DNA of 40,000 bases from contig JBMHBY010000006.1 of assembly GCA_049890195.1 (NCBI GenBank), forward strand, positions 219,453-259,452. The letters are read 5' to 3'. The translations under genes and the position numbers were made by a program. The notes beneath the pieces are model-generated. The model saw only the letters and a program-made list of their open reading frames with translations. It had not been told where the DNA came from and made no database searches. Origin of the DNA: Parvibaculales bacterium (GTDB lineage Bacteria > Pseudomonadota > Alphaproteobacteria > RS24). Shown here in pieces: positions 9,244 to 17,100 of this stretch (position 1 is its first letter; the number at the start of each line of letters is the position of its first letter).

Positions 9244-10089
9244 ATGTCCAAACAGACCTTGTTGACCGAAACGGATGGCAAACTGCTCCACATTACGTTG
9301 AACCGGCCCGACAAGCTGAACGCTTTGTCGCCGACCCTTTTGAAAGAGTTGAAGGACGTTCTGGATGAGGCCGCAGAAAACCCCGCCATTGCGGTTGTGA
9401 TCTTGAAAAGCGCCGGGCCGGTTTTTTCACCGGGCTATGACATCAGTGAAGAAAACTGGATCATTTCACAGTTCCCGGCGGATTATCCGGATGGCGTGGA
9501 GCTGCAAAAAGACCGTGACGACATTCACCGGCTGCTCGATTACTGGCTTGATTTGTGGAAATTCCCGAAACCCATCATTACCCGTGTGCAGGGCCCGTGC
9601 CTGTCGGGTGCCGGAGAGCTGATCGCCATGTCAGACATTGTCATTGCCGGTAAAGCCGCACGTTTCGGTCACCCGGCGGCCCGCGATTTGGGCATTCCCC
9701 CGACGGTATTTTTATGGCCGCTTTTGATCGGGATGCGCAAGACCAAGGAACTGCTCTACACGGCTAAGTTGATTGACGCGGATGAGGCCGTACGGTTAGG
9801 CTTGATCAACGAGGTTGTTGAAGACGACGCATTGGATCAACGCGTTCTGGACGTCGCAGAGGATATTGCCCGCTCGCCGGTCAACCATCTCAGCCTTTTG
9901 AAGGAGTCAACGAACGCCTGGTATGAGAATATGGGTTTTGAACCGTCAGCCCGCAGAGCGGCGGATCTGGACGCTGTTTTCCACCAAAGCCTGACCTTCC
10001 GCGAGTTTTTCAAGACCGTGAAGGAAAAGGGCATGAAGGTGGCCTTGGATATCCGCCAGAAACGCTATGGCACCTCCGGAAAGGGCTGA
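9244..10089 (+). CDS. Enoyl-CoA hydratase/isomerase (crotonase) family protein
   Basis: N-terminus LHITLNRPDKLNAL and the oxyanion-hole region GPCLSGAGEL. Confidence 0.8.
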   Translation: MSKQTLLTETDGKLLHITLNRPDKLNALSPTLLKELKDVLDEAAENPAIAVVILKSAGPVFSPGYDISEENWIISQFPADYPDGVELQKDRDDIHRLLDYWLDLWKFPKPIITRVQGPCLSGAGELIAMSDIVIAGKAARFGHPAARDLGIPPTVFLWPLLIGMRKTKELLYTAKLIDADEAVRLGLINEVVEDDALDQRVLDVAEDIARSPVNHLSLLKESTNAWYENMGFEPSARRAADLDAVFHQSLTFREFFKTVKEKGMKVALDIRQKRYGTSGKG

Positions 10090-10132
10090 AACGGTCAAAA
10101 ACCACTGAAATGTTTAAAAAGGGGAAGGCATT

Positions 10133-11332
10133 ATGAGTGATTTGGAAGAGTTCAGACAGGAAACCCGCGCATGGCTGGAGGAGAACTGCCCACAGTCCAT
10201 GCGTACACCCATGCCGGATGATGAATCCCCGTGGGGCGGCCGCAATCCGACATTTAAAAACCCCGACACCAAACTCTGGCTCGACCGCATGGTCGAAAAA
10301 CGCTGGACGGCCCCCGGCTGGCCGGTTGAATATGGTGGCGGGGGACTGAGCAAGGCCGAGGAGACCATCCTCAATCAGGAACTCCGCCGCATCAAGGCGC
10401 GCCCGGCCCTGACCAGCTTCGGCGTCTGGATGCTTGGCCCGGCGCTTCTGGAATTTGCATCAGAGGAGCAGAAACTGAAATATCTGCCGCCAATCACACG
10501 CGGCGAGGTCAGATGGTGCCAGGGCTATTCAGAACCCGGCTCAGGCTCTGATCTGGCCGGCCTGCAGACCCGCGCAGAAGACAAAGGCGACCATTACCTC
10601 GTCAACGGCCAGAAAGTTTGGACCAGCTATGCCGATCAGGCCGACTGGATTTTCTGTCTGGTCAGGACAGATACCAGCGTCAAGCATGAGGGCATCTCGT
10701 TTCTGCTCATCGACATGGCGTCAAAGGGGGTCGAGGCGCGCCCGATCAAGCTGATTTCCGGAAAATCGCCGTTCTGCGAGACCTTCCTGACCGACGTGAA
10801 AGTCCCGAAGGAAAACCTTGTCGGCAGCCTGAACAAGGGATGGACCATCGCCAAACGGCTTTTGGAGCATGAACGCGCCATGGTCTCCGGCATGAATATG
10901 GGCACCGGCGAGGCGTCCATGGGGGGCATGGAGCAGCTGGCCAAGGATGTTTACGGCGAACTCAACGGCATGATTGCCGAGCCTGTCATGCGTGACAAGG
11001 TGGCCCGTCACAAAATGGACGAAGAAGCGTTTGGCCTCACCTTGCGGCGCTCGGCAGAGCTGGCCAAAGCCGGGTTGGGCGATGGCGCCGCCGCCTCAAT
11101 GTTCAAATATTACGGCACCGAGATGAACAAACGCCGGTTTGAGCTGCTGCTGGAACTGATGGGCACGCGGGCTCTGGCAACCGAAGGCGAAGGATATGAC
11201 GAGCATGAACTTGGCATGTCGTCTCAATGGTTGCGTTCCAAAGGCAATTCCATTGAAGGCGGCACGACGGAAGTTCAGCTGAATGTCATTGCCAAACGTG
11301 TCCTGGATCTGCCTGAAGGGGGACAGAGCTGA
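10133..11332 (+). CDS. Acyl-CoA dehydrogenase family protein
   Basis: 399 aa. YSEPGSGSDLA, KVWTS, and C-terminal IEGGTTEVQLNVIA with the putative catalytic Glu. Confidence 0.88.
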   Translation: MSDLEEFRQETRAWLEENCPQSMRTPMPDDESPWGGRNPTFKNPDTKLWLDRMVEKRWTAPGWPVEYGGGGLSKAEETILNQELRRIKARPALTSFGVWMLGPALLEFASEEQKLKYLPPITRGEVRWCQGYSEPGSGSDLAGLQTRAEDKGDHYLVNGQKVWTSYADQADWIFCLVRTDTSVKHEGISFLLIDMASKGVEARPIKLISGKSPFCETFLTDVKVPKENLVGSLNKGWTIAKRLLEHERAMVSGMNMGTGEASMGGMEQLAKDVYGELNGMIAEPVMRDKVARHKMDEEAFGLTLRRSAELAKAGLGDGAAASMFKYYGTEMNKRRFELLLELMGTRALATEGEGYDEHELGMSSQWLRSKGNSIEGGTTEVQLNVIAKRVLDLPEGGQS

Positions 11333-12495
11333 TGTCCGCGGATGAGGCACAAAAAAGCAATTTCGTCCTTTCCGAGGAGCATGTCCTGTTGCAGGACATG
11401 GCCCGTCAATTCTTCCGCGAGGATGTGGCTGTCGCCAACCTCCGCAAACTCCGGGACGAGGGCGGTCCGGACGGAATTGACCGCTCAGTTTGGGCCAAGG
11501 CGGTGGAACTGGGGTTTGCCGGCATTTTGATTCCGGAGGAATATGGCGGCACGGATTTCGGCATGGTCGGCATGGGCCTTGTCATGCAGGAGGCCGGACG
11601 GTCTCTGGCGGCCACACCGTTGCTGTCCAGCTCCATCATCAGCGCCTCCCTGATCCTGAGTGCCGGCGATGAAAACCAGAAACAGACCCTGTTACCCGGT
11701 CTTGCGGGCGGCGAACTTCTGATCTCCCTGGCGCTTGAGGAAACAGGTCACCACAACCCCCTGATGACGTCATTATCCGCAGAACCGGACGGGGATGGGT
11801 TTGTGCTCACCGGCAACAAGACCTTTGTTCAGGACGGACATATTGCTGATCATTTCATTGTTGTCGCCCGCACCAGCAGCCAGGCCGGGGATGCCGACGG
11901 CCTGACCTTGTTCCTGGTTGACGCCAAGACCGACGGGGTGCGTGTGGCGCGCACCGGCATGGTCGACAGCCGCAATGCCGCCGAAGTGTCCCTCGACAAG
12001 GTGCGGGTTTCCAAAGACAGCCTGCTCGGCACGGCGGACGCCGGACATCCACCGCTTGAGGCGGCGCTGGACATGGGGCGTCTGGCCCTTTCGGCTGAAA
12101 TTTTGGGTGCAATCGAGGAAGTGTTTGAGCGTACACTTGAATACCTCAAGGAGCGCAAACAGTTCGGCGTGCCGATCGGAAGCTTTCAGGCGCTGCGTCA
12201 CAGAGCTTCGCACATGTTCAGCGAAATTGAGGTTTGCCGCTCGGTCGTCGCCTATGCCCTGGCACAATCCGACAAGAAGGGAAACAATCTGCCGCGCCTG
12301 GCCAGCCTCGCCAAGGCCCGGCTGGGCGAGACCTCAACGCTTGTCACCAATGAAGGGCTGCAGATGCATGGCGGCATCGGCATGACCGACGATGTAGATA
12401 TCGGCCTGTTCATGAAACGCGCCCGAGTTCAGCTGCAGCTTTTGGGCGATGCACAGTATCACCGCGACAGATATGCCCGTCTCAGCGGATATTAG
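11332..12495 (+). CDS. Acyl-CoA dehydrogenase family protein (second subunit-like paralog)
   Basis: 387 aa. FGVPIGSFQALRH and LQMHGGIGMTDD. The start overlaps the upstream ACAD stop (TGATG). The C-terminal region reads LLGDAQY where YEGT is usual. Confidence 0.85.
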   Translation: MSADEAQKSNFVLSEEHVLLQDMARQFFREDVAVANLRKLRDEGGPDGIDRSVWAKAVELGFAGILIPEEYGGTDFGMVGMGLVMQEAGRSLAATPLLSSSIISASLILSAGDENQKQTLLPGLAGGELLISLALEETGHHNPLMTSLSAEPDGDGFVLTGNKTFVQDGHIADHFIVVARTSSQAGDADGLTLFLVDAKTDGVRVARTGMVDSRNAAEVSLDKVRVSKDSLLGTADAGHPPLEAALDMGRLALSAEILGAIEEVFERTLEYLKERKQFGVPIGSFQALRHRASHMFSEIEVCRSVVAYALAQSDKKGNNLPRLASLAKARLGETSTLVTNEGLQMHGGIGMTDDVDIGLFMKRARVQLQLLGDAQYHRDRYARLSGY

Positions 12496-12956
12496 GGGTA
12501 AGCCTGTATCATCACCGTGCAGGTGAAGTCCAAGACTATCTCACCCTGCTGATTGCTCATGACATTGTTGTTGACCACAATCGCCGCGTTTTCGCGTGAT
12601 TTGGACAGGCGTTTGCTGGTGCAGCAATGCGTGATGGACACCTTTTCGCCGGCCCGCATCGGATTGGGGATTTTATACTCAGCCCCCAAAGCCCCGATGA
12701 TCACCGGCTGGCTCGGCCCCTTGAAAACGGCAATCGACATCAATGAGAGGATATGCATCGAGGCGGCCGTCAATCCGCCATATATGGAGTCCCTGGCCGC
12801 CGCCTCATCGGTATGGAAGGGCTGCGGGTCCCATTGCCGGGCAAATGCTTTCATCTCCTCCGGATCCAGCTCCCAGAGACCGCAATCATGCACTTTCCCG
12901 ATTTCGAGATCGTCATAATACACCCTGCCGGGCAGAACCAGCTTGGACTCGGACAT
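12492..12956 (-). CDS. MaoC-like (R)-hydratase / hotdog-fold protein
   Basis: Hydratase-like motif WDPQPFHTDEAAA. I chose the internal ATG at 12956, preceded by AGGAGGGGGAAGAC, over the ORF-track start at 13043. Convergent 4-nt overlap with the ACAD gene. Confidence 0.75.
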   Translation of the reverse strand: MSESKLVLPGRVYYDDLEIGKVHDCGLWELDPEEMKAFARQWDPQPFHTDEAAARDSIYGGLTAASMHILSLMSIAVFKGPSQPVIIGALGAEYKIPNPMRAGEKVSITHCCTSKRLSKSRENAAIVVNNNVMSNQQGEIVLDFTCTVMIQAYP

Positions 12957-13068
12957 GTCTTCCCCCTCCTGCGTCAATGCCACAGCCTGTATAAAGGGTT
13001 TCAGCTGATCAGAAAAGGGCTTTCCAACAAACGCGCCTGACAATGACTGGGGCGTTGGACGGAGGGCT

Positions 13069-13614
13069 TTACTCTGCAGCCGCGGACTGCGGTTTGCTCA
13101 AATGGACCAGAATGTTTTGCGGCGCGGTTTCACCATAGGGGTCGGTTTCACAATTGTCGCACAGACCCGGCTCTTCAAACCACGCCGAGATGACACCATT
13201 CTCCACCACAGCCGCATAGCGCCAGCTGCGCCGCCCGAAACCGAGATTGTCCTTGTCCACCAACATGCCCATCGCTTCGGTGAAGTGTCCGGAGCCGTCT
13301 GGGATCAGGTCGATGTTCTCAATATTCTGTCCGCGTCCCCAGGCATTCATGACAAAGGCGTCATTGACGGCGATGCAGTAAATCGCCTCAATCCCGCAAG
13401 CCTGAAACTCCGGAAACAGCCTTTCAAAATCCGGCAACTGATAAGTTGAGCAGGTCGGCGTGAAAGCACCGGGCAATGAAAAGAGAATTGTCTTTTTGCC
13501 GGCGAAGTAATCATCCGTTTTTGTCTGCTCCCAACGGTAGGGGTTGTCCCCTCCAACCGCCTCATCCCTGACGCGGGTTTTGAATGTAATATTTGGAACG
13601 CTTTGACCAATCAT
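13069..13614 (-). CDS. Peroxiredoxin, Prx5 subfamily
   Basis: 181 aa. LPGAFTPTCS peroxidatic Cys motif and VNDAFVMNAWG. RBS AAGGAGAGAG. Confidence 0.9.
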   Translation of the reverse strand: MIGQSVPNITFKTRVRDEAVGGDNPYRWEQTKTDDYFAGKKTILFSLPGAFTPTCSTYQLPDFERLFPEFQACGIEAIYCIAVNDAFVMNAWGRGQNIENIDLIPDGSGHFTEAMGMLVDKDNLGFGRRSWRYAAVVENGVISAWFEEPGLCDNCETDPYGETAPQNILVHLSKPQSAAAE

Positions 13615-13629
13615 GGCTCTCTCCTTTTT

Positions 13630-13691
13630 TTAGAACTATTCTAATATAAGAGAGGGTGCGACAACTGTCAATCTATTTATAATTATTCTAA
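13630..13691 (-). promoter_or_regulatory. Peroxiredoxin promoter (TTGACA-N17-TATATT) flanked by two Fur-family/PerR-like 7-1-7 boxes
   Basis: On the minus strand, the -35 TTGACA corresponds to plus 13666-13671 and the -10 TATATT to 13643-13648. Box 1 TTAGAACTATTCTAA (13630-13644) overlaps the -10 and transcription start region. Box 2 TTATAATTATTCTAA (13677-13691) lies just upstream of the -35. Confidence 0.6.
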
Positions 13692-13692
13692 A

Positions 13693-14106
13693 CTATTGCC
13701 GACTCTGTGATCCGTCCCTGCGGCTGAAACCCGCCAGCACCAGACAGCCGGCAAAAATACCGAGGTTTTTGACAAAATTCTGGGTTTCATGGCGACCCTC
13801 CATGCCACTGAAGTTCCAGAAATCGTGCAAAGCGTAGTTAATCACCAGGATATACGCGGCACAGCCATACGCCGCGAGCCAGACCTGCCGGTTGGCTAGC
13901 AGCAATCCGCCCAACACCAGATTGGCGAGTCCGGCCAGTGCCAGCAACGGCGCGGTAAACGGCACATTATGGCGCAGCATTAAATCAATGTGGGTCTGCC
14001 AGTCGGCAAATTTCGCCAGCCCGGGCAGAACAAAATACAGCCCCAGCAGAATGCGGCCGAAGGTCAAAGACAATCTGTCCAGTTTTTCCAATGATGCATC
14101 CGACAT
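13693..14106 (-). CDS. DoxX family membrane protein
   Basis: 137 aa with four predicted TM segments. N-terminal LGRILLGLYFVLPGLAKF is typical of DoxX. Confidence 0.75.
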   Translation of the reverse strand: MSDASLEKLDRLSLTFGRILLGLYFVLPGLAKFADWQTHIDLMLRHNVPFTAPLLALAGLANLVLGGLLLANRQVWLAAYGCAAYILVINYALHDFWNFSGMEGRHETQNFVKNLGIFAGCLVLAGFSRRDGSQSRQ

Positions 14107-14169
14107 GATGCCCCCCTTTTTTAGTTTTCCCCAAACCCGGATATTTCAGTCACCTTTGAAACAGGCCGT

Positions 14170-14329
14170 TTAATCTTTCCGGCACAGGTTGTGATACACG
14201 TTTGCATAATTGGCGGCCTGTTGCGACCAGAAACCCACCTTACTGGCAGGGTGCAACCGACAATTCGTTGTCTGCGGCCCAGGCAGGCGCGGCCAAAACA
14301 AATGCGATGATTGTTGAGGCACGGGTCAT
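14170..14329 (-). pseudogene. Internally deleted, frame-disrupted copy of the small secreted protein at 16264-16518
   Basis: The 5' part reads MTRASTIIAFVLAAPAWAADNELSVAPCQ then a stop. The 3' part, in another frame, reads GFWSQQAANYANVYHNLCRKD then a stop. It matches the nucleotide string cataattggcggcYtgttgcgaccagaaaccc at 16300-16330. Confidence 0.7.
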
Positions 14330-14362
14330 TGACAACCATCCATGTATCTCCCCTTTGAGGGC

Positions 14363-14782
14363 TTAAGACCCTGCATCAAAGCTGCCTTGTCTGCGACCAT
14401 TGAGGTGCCAGAACAAATAGGCGCATACTGCTAAATCATACCCAAAGCAAAGCAATGGATACCAATCGGGCACACCGGCATTGGCAACAAGCCTTTCGTG
14501 ATACAAATCGTAAAACGCGTGAAGTGCCCATAGCCCGATGACAACAAGCATGCCGGCTTTGACGCCGCTGCGAAAACAGATCAGGCCTGCAGCGAAATAA
14601 GGCAAACCATAGATGAACTCCCACATCAAGGCTTGGCTGTCACCCACGCTTAAGGCAAATAGCATGTAAACGGACGGCAGGAACACCATGAATATGGCGA
14701 ACCAGCGGACATCCAAGCGCTGCTTATGGAATATGGCTGCTGTGACAGCAAACAAAACCAGTCCGATGAAGAATTCAACCAT
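14363..14782 (-). CDS. Hypothetical integral membrane protein (about 4 TM)
   Basis: 139-aa ORF, hydrophobic throughout. No family recognised. Confidence 0.55.
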   Translation of the reverse strand: MVEFFIGLVLFAVTAAIFHKQRLDVRWFAIFMVFLPSVYMLFALSVGDSQALMWEFIYGLPYFAAGLICFRSGVKAGMLVVIGLWALHAFYDLYHERLVANAGVPDWYPLLCFGYDLAVCAYLFWHLNGRRQGSFDAGS

Positions 14783-14822
14783 GCGTGCCTCTCATGTGGT
14801 GTGCAGGTGAAGGAGCGATTGG

Positions 14823-14951
14823 TCACGAGAAGAAACGCAAACAGTATTCATAGATAACCATGACAAAAAACGGCCCCAGAAACCCCATTAGAACGGCAAT
14901 CCCGATTGTTAAAATCAAAAGTTTGATACTCTTACGTATTTCTTGGCTCAT
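14823..14951 (-). CDS. Possible small single-TM protein (42 aa), below the ORF-track size cut-off
   Basis: My translation: MSQEIRKSIKLLILTIGIAVLMGFLGPFFVMVIYEYCLRFFS. No clear RBS. Confidence 0.2.
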   Translation of the reverse strand: MSQEIRKSIKLLILTIGIAVLMGFLGPFFVMVIYEYCLRFFS

Positions 14952-15010
14952 GCTTGCTCAATCCATGCACTCTAACCCCCGGCTACTCAACCTGAACTTT
15001 GATGCCTGTT

Positions 15011-15100
15011 CCTCTTTGAAAGCCTATCAGCCCGAGTGCTTTGGTGTAAACCTGCGTTCAGGGGTGTTCACGATGCACGATAAACATGGAGTTTCAAGGT
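15011..15100 (+). repeat. Copy A of the promoter plus 5' DUF5681-like gene repeat (decayed, truncated)
   Basis: Aligns by eye with 24549-24650: cctctttgaaagcctatcag...ttcacgATGcacgataaaca. The -10 has decayed to TTTGGT and the reading frame stops after 9 codons. Confidence 0.7.
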
Positions 15101-15108
15101 AAGCATCA

Positions 15109-16116
15109 TTATTTTGCTGTGCACTTATCGCCTAGCAACATTTCCTTGAATGAGGTCAAACTTTCATCATCCAAATCGCGGCCTGCCCACCAAACCGCAT
15201 GCTCTTTTATGCCGCGCCGTTCATCAATGACCAGCCCCCACATGGGCGCAATCTGATTTGGGACCATGGAGTAACGCACATCCGTGACAAGATTTTTATC
15301 ACCATCAAACCCCAAATAATCCTGAGAAAACCAACGAAACCTCTCAATGTCTTTCCTCTGCTGACTGTTGCTATCCAAATCCGGTAAGTGATATTGATCG
15401 TCAAATATTTTAATGCTTTCGCCGGGGCACCAAGCGGGCGTGCGCCCAGCGCGAATGGCATCAACATAAAAACGATCTCCATGCTGATAAATGGACTTCC
15501 ACAGAATTAGGTTACCAAAAGAAGGCTTGAGCGTCATCCGCTCCGCACTGTGCCCTCTCGATTGGGCCAGTTCGAGCGCAGATGACAATGCCCTCTCATA
15601 CTGAACAAGCCCTAACGCCAGATAAGAGACAATCCACCCAACCGCAAAAAAACTAAATCGCCGCTTATTTGTTTTGACTGCCGCGCCTAAAAGAATGAGG
15701 GCGGGAATGGTAAGGAGCGGGTCAACAATGGATATATTATTCCAAGTTATGCGCTCATTGGAGAAGGGCCAAAGGAGAAGCGTGCCGTATGACGTGCAGG
15801 CATCAAGCAAACCATGGGTCGCATAGCCCAGAAAACTTGCCACATAGGTCGTTTTAAAACTCAAGGATTTCCTGACCAGTGGAAAAACAAGTGCAGAGAC
15901 GATTAACGCCCCAAAGGGAATAAAGAAGAGGGCATGAGTGAATTGTCTGTGGTACTCAAGAAACAAAATGGGGTCAGTCGATGACTGAATTAAAACGTCT
16001 AAATCGGGCGCCAACCCGGCGAGAAAGCCGACAAGACTTATCTTTGCAATATTGGTTTTGTTTGCCGCTGATTGCGCAAAAGCTGCGCCTACTGTTCCTT
16101 GAGATATGGGGTCCAT
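15109..16116 (-). CDS. Membrane-bound metal-dependent hydrolase, DUF457 (YdjM/YfhP-like) family
   Basis: 335 aa. N-terminal MDPISQGTVGAA, PDLDVLI and HRQFTHALFF motifs. Multi-TM N-terminal half. Confidence 0.7.
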   Translation of the reverse strand: MDPISQGTVGAAFAQSAANKTNIAKISLVGFLAGLAPDLDVLIQSSTDPILFLEYHRQFTHALFFIPFGALIVSALVFPLVRKSLSFKTTYVASFLGYATHGLLDACTSYGTLLLWPFSNERITWNNISIVDPLLTIPALILLGAAVKTNKRRFSFFAVGWIVSYLALGLVQYERALSSALELAQSRGHSAERMTLKPSFGNLILWKSIYQHGDRFYVDAIRAGRTPAWCPGESIKIFDDQYHLPDLDSNSQQRKDIERFRWFSQDYLGFDGDKNLVTDVRYSMVPNQIAPMWGLVIDERRGIKEHAVWWAGRDLDDESLTSFKEMLLGDKCTAK

Positions 16117-16163
16117 GTCAACTCAACAAATTCATTTTGATATCTCATCACAAAAAAACACCC

Positions 16164-16262
16164 ACACCACCCTTTGATAGCCTAACAGCAGAAGTGCAAT
16201 CATATACACCTGCGTCCAGGAGCATTCACGATGCGTGATAAACAAGGCAAGTTTGTGAAAGC
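16164..16262 (+). repeat. Copy B of the promoter plus 5' DUF5681-like gene repeat (truncated after about 10 codons)
   Basis: caccctttgatagcctaacag...ttcacgATGcgtgataaacaaggcaagtttgtgaaag. It ends directly against the stop of the minus-strand gene at 16264. Confidence 0.75.
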
Positions 16263-16263
16263 T

Positions 16264-16518
16264 CTAATCGTCTTTGCATAAGCTGTCATAGACGGTTGCA
16301 TAATTGGCGGCTTGTTGCGACCAGAAACCCGCTTTGGCGGCAGCCTTCTCAGCATCCGCCCCGCCTTGCCGGACAATCACCCATTGTTTTTCAGCGGATA
16401 CCAGGGCGCTTTGAATGCCATTAAAAATGTTCTTGCAGGCCTCGTCTGACAGCTTGTCGTCCGCAGCCCAGGCAGGTGAGGAAAACAGCAACACGATGAT
16501 GGTATAGATACGGGTCAT
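16264..16518 (-). CDS. Small secreted protein (84 aa), member of the shared-signal-peptide family
   Basis: Signal peptide MTRIYTIIVLLFSSPAWA followed by AADD. Two Cys in the mature part. The start overlaps the stop of the upstream 53-aa ORF (ATGA). Confidence 0.7.
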   Translation of the reverse strand: MTRIYTIIVLLFSSPAWAADDKLSDEACKNIFNGIQSALVSAEKQWVIVRQGGADAEKAAAKAGFWSQQAANYATVYDSLCKDD

Positions 16519-16676
16519 TTCTTGTCCTTTTGCTTTTTTCTTTCTGCTGCTGCAACCTCGCCCCTCAACGACCTTGCGCTCCCCTCATAAGGCTTGCTGT
16601 CGTCTCCCTGCATGAGTTCCAGAAGCCAATCCTTAGGCCGCTCATGCACCTTTTTCTTTTCATCCTCTTTGGTCAT
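16515..16676 (-). CDS. Conserved 53-aa Lys/Glu-rich protein, not in the ORF track (copy 1)
   Basis: My translation: MTKEDEKKKVHERPKDWLLELMQGDDSKPYEGSARSLRGEVAAAERKKQKDKK. RBS AGGAGCC lies upstream. A paralog at 23518-23679 has the substitution pattern expected of a protein-coding gene. Confidence 0.6.
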   Translation of the reverse strand: MTKEDEKKKVHERPKDWLLELMQGDDSKPYEGSARSLRGEVAAAERKKQKDKK

Positions 16677-16737
16677 AAAAGGCTCCTATTGCAGGCGTCG
16701 TAAACAAAAGCATGATAATGGTCAGTATGCGAGCCAT
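16660..16737 (-). pseudogene. Orphan signal-peptide remnant (MARILTIIMLLFTTPAIGA...) without a mature domain
   Basis: 25-codon ORF whose N-terminus matches the shared signal peptide. It runs into the conserved leader of the 53-aa gene. Confidence 0.45.
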
Positions 16738-16761
16738 TGATTTTTCCTAAACAAATAATCT

Positions 16762-16850
16762 CCACCACCCTTTGAAAGCCTAACAGTCAGAGTGCCATGA
16801 TGTAAACCTGAGTCCAGAGCGTTTACGATGCGCAATAGATAGGAAATATG
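16762..16850 (+). repeat. Copy C of the promoter plus 5' DUF5681-like gene repeat (decayed; ATG CGC AAT AGA TAG)
   Basis: caccctttgaaagcctaacagtcagagtgccatgatgtaaacctgagtccagagcgtttacgATG. Residual similarity (ggcaatcc) extends to about +45. Confidence 0.7.
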
Positions 16851-16911
16851 AAATTCTCTCCGGCAATCCACTTAAATTCAATGGTACCGGTCACATAAGA
16901 GGAATTGAAAG

Positions 16912-16963
16912 AAATGGCGCACCGGGGAAGATTCGAACTCCTGACCCCTTGATTCGTAGTCAA
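16912..16963 (-). repeat. Displaced 3' fragment of tRNA-Arg(ACG): att direct repeat (distal junction)
   Basis: 49 nt (16915-16963) are identical to 25008-25056 except for one position (T vs C). Three further flanking A residues are also shared. Confidence 0.9.
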
Positions 16964-17100
16964 AAGGCCCACCTCTTTTTAATTCCATGTATCCATAAGA
17001 AATACATTCAAATATGCGTAAAATTCATATTAATACAGTAGTTTATATACTTTTCTATTCCATTAACTTGCAAAGCAATGTTAGTGTAATTTCAGCCGAT

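Noticed and set aside
14121-14339. 72-aa minus-strand ORF from the ORF track
   Set aside because: It reads the decayed secreted-protein pseudogene in a non-homologous frame. The homologous frames carry a premature stop and a frameshift.
14860-15102. 80-aa plus-strand ORF
   Set aside because: It runs antisense to the possible small TM ORF and through the decayed repeat copy A. It has no RBS and no motifs, and its end is just the truncated DUF5681-like start.
15981-16238. 85-aa plus-strand ORF
   Set aside because: It lies antisense to the 5' end of the DUF457 hydrolase gene and continues into repeat copy B. It is most likely spurious.
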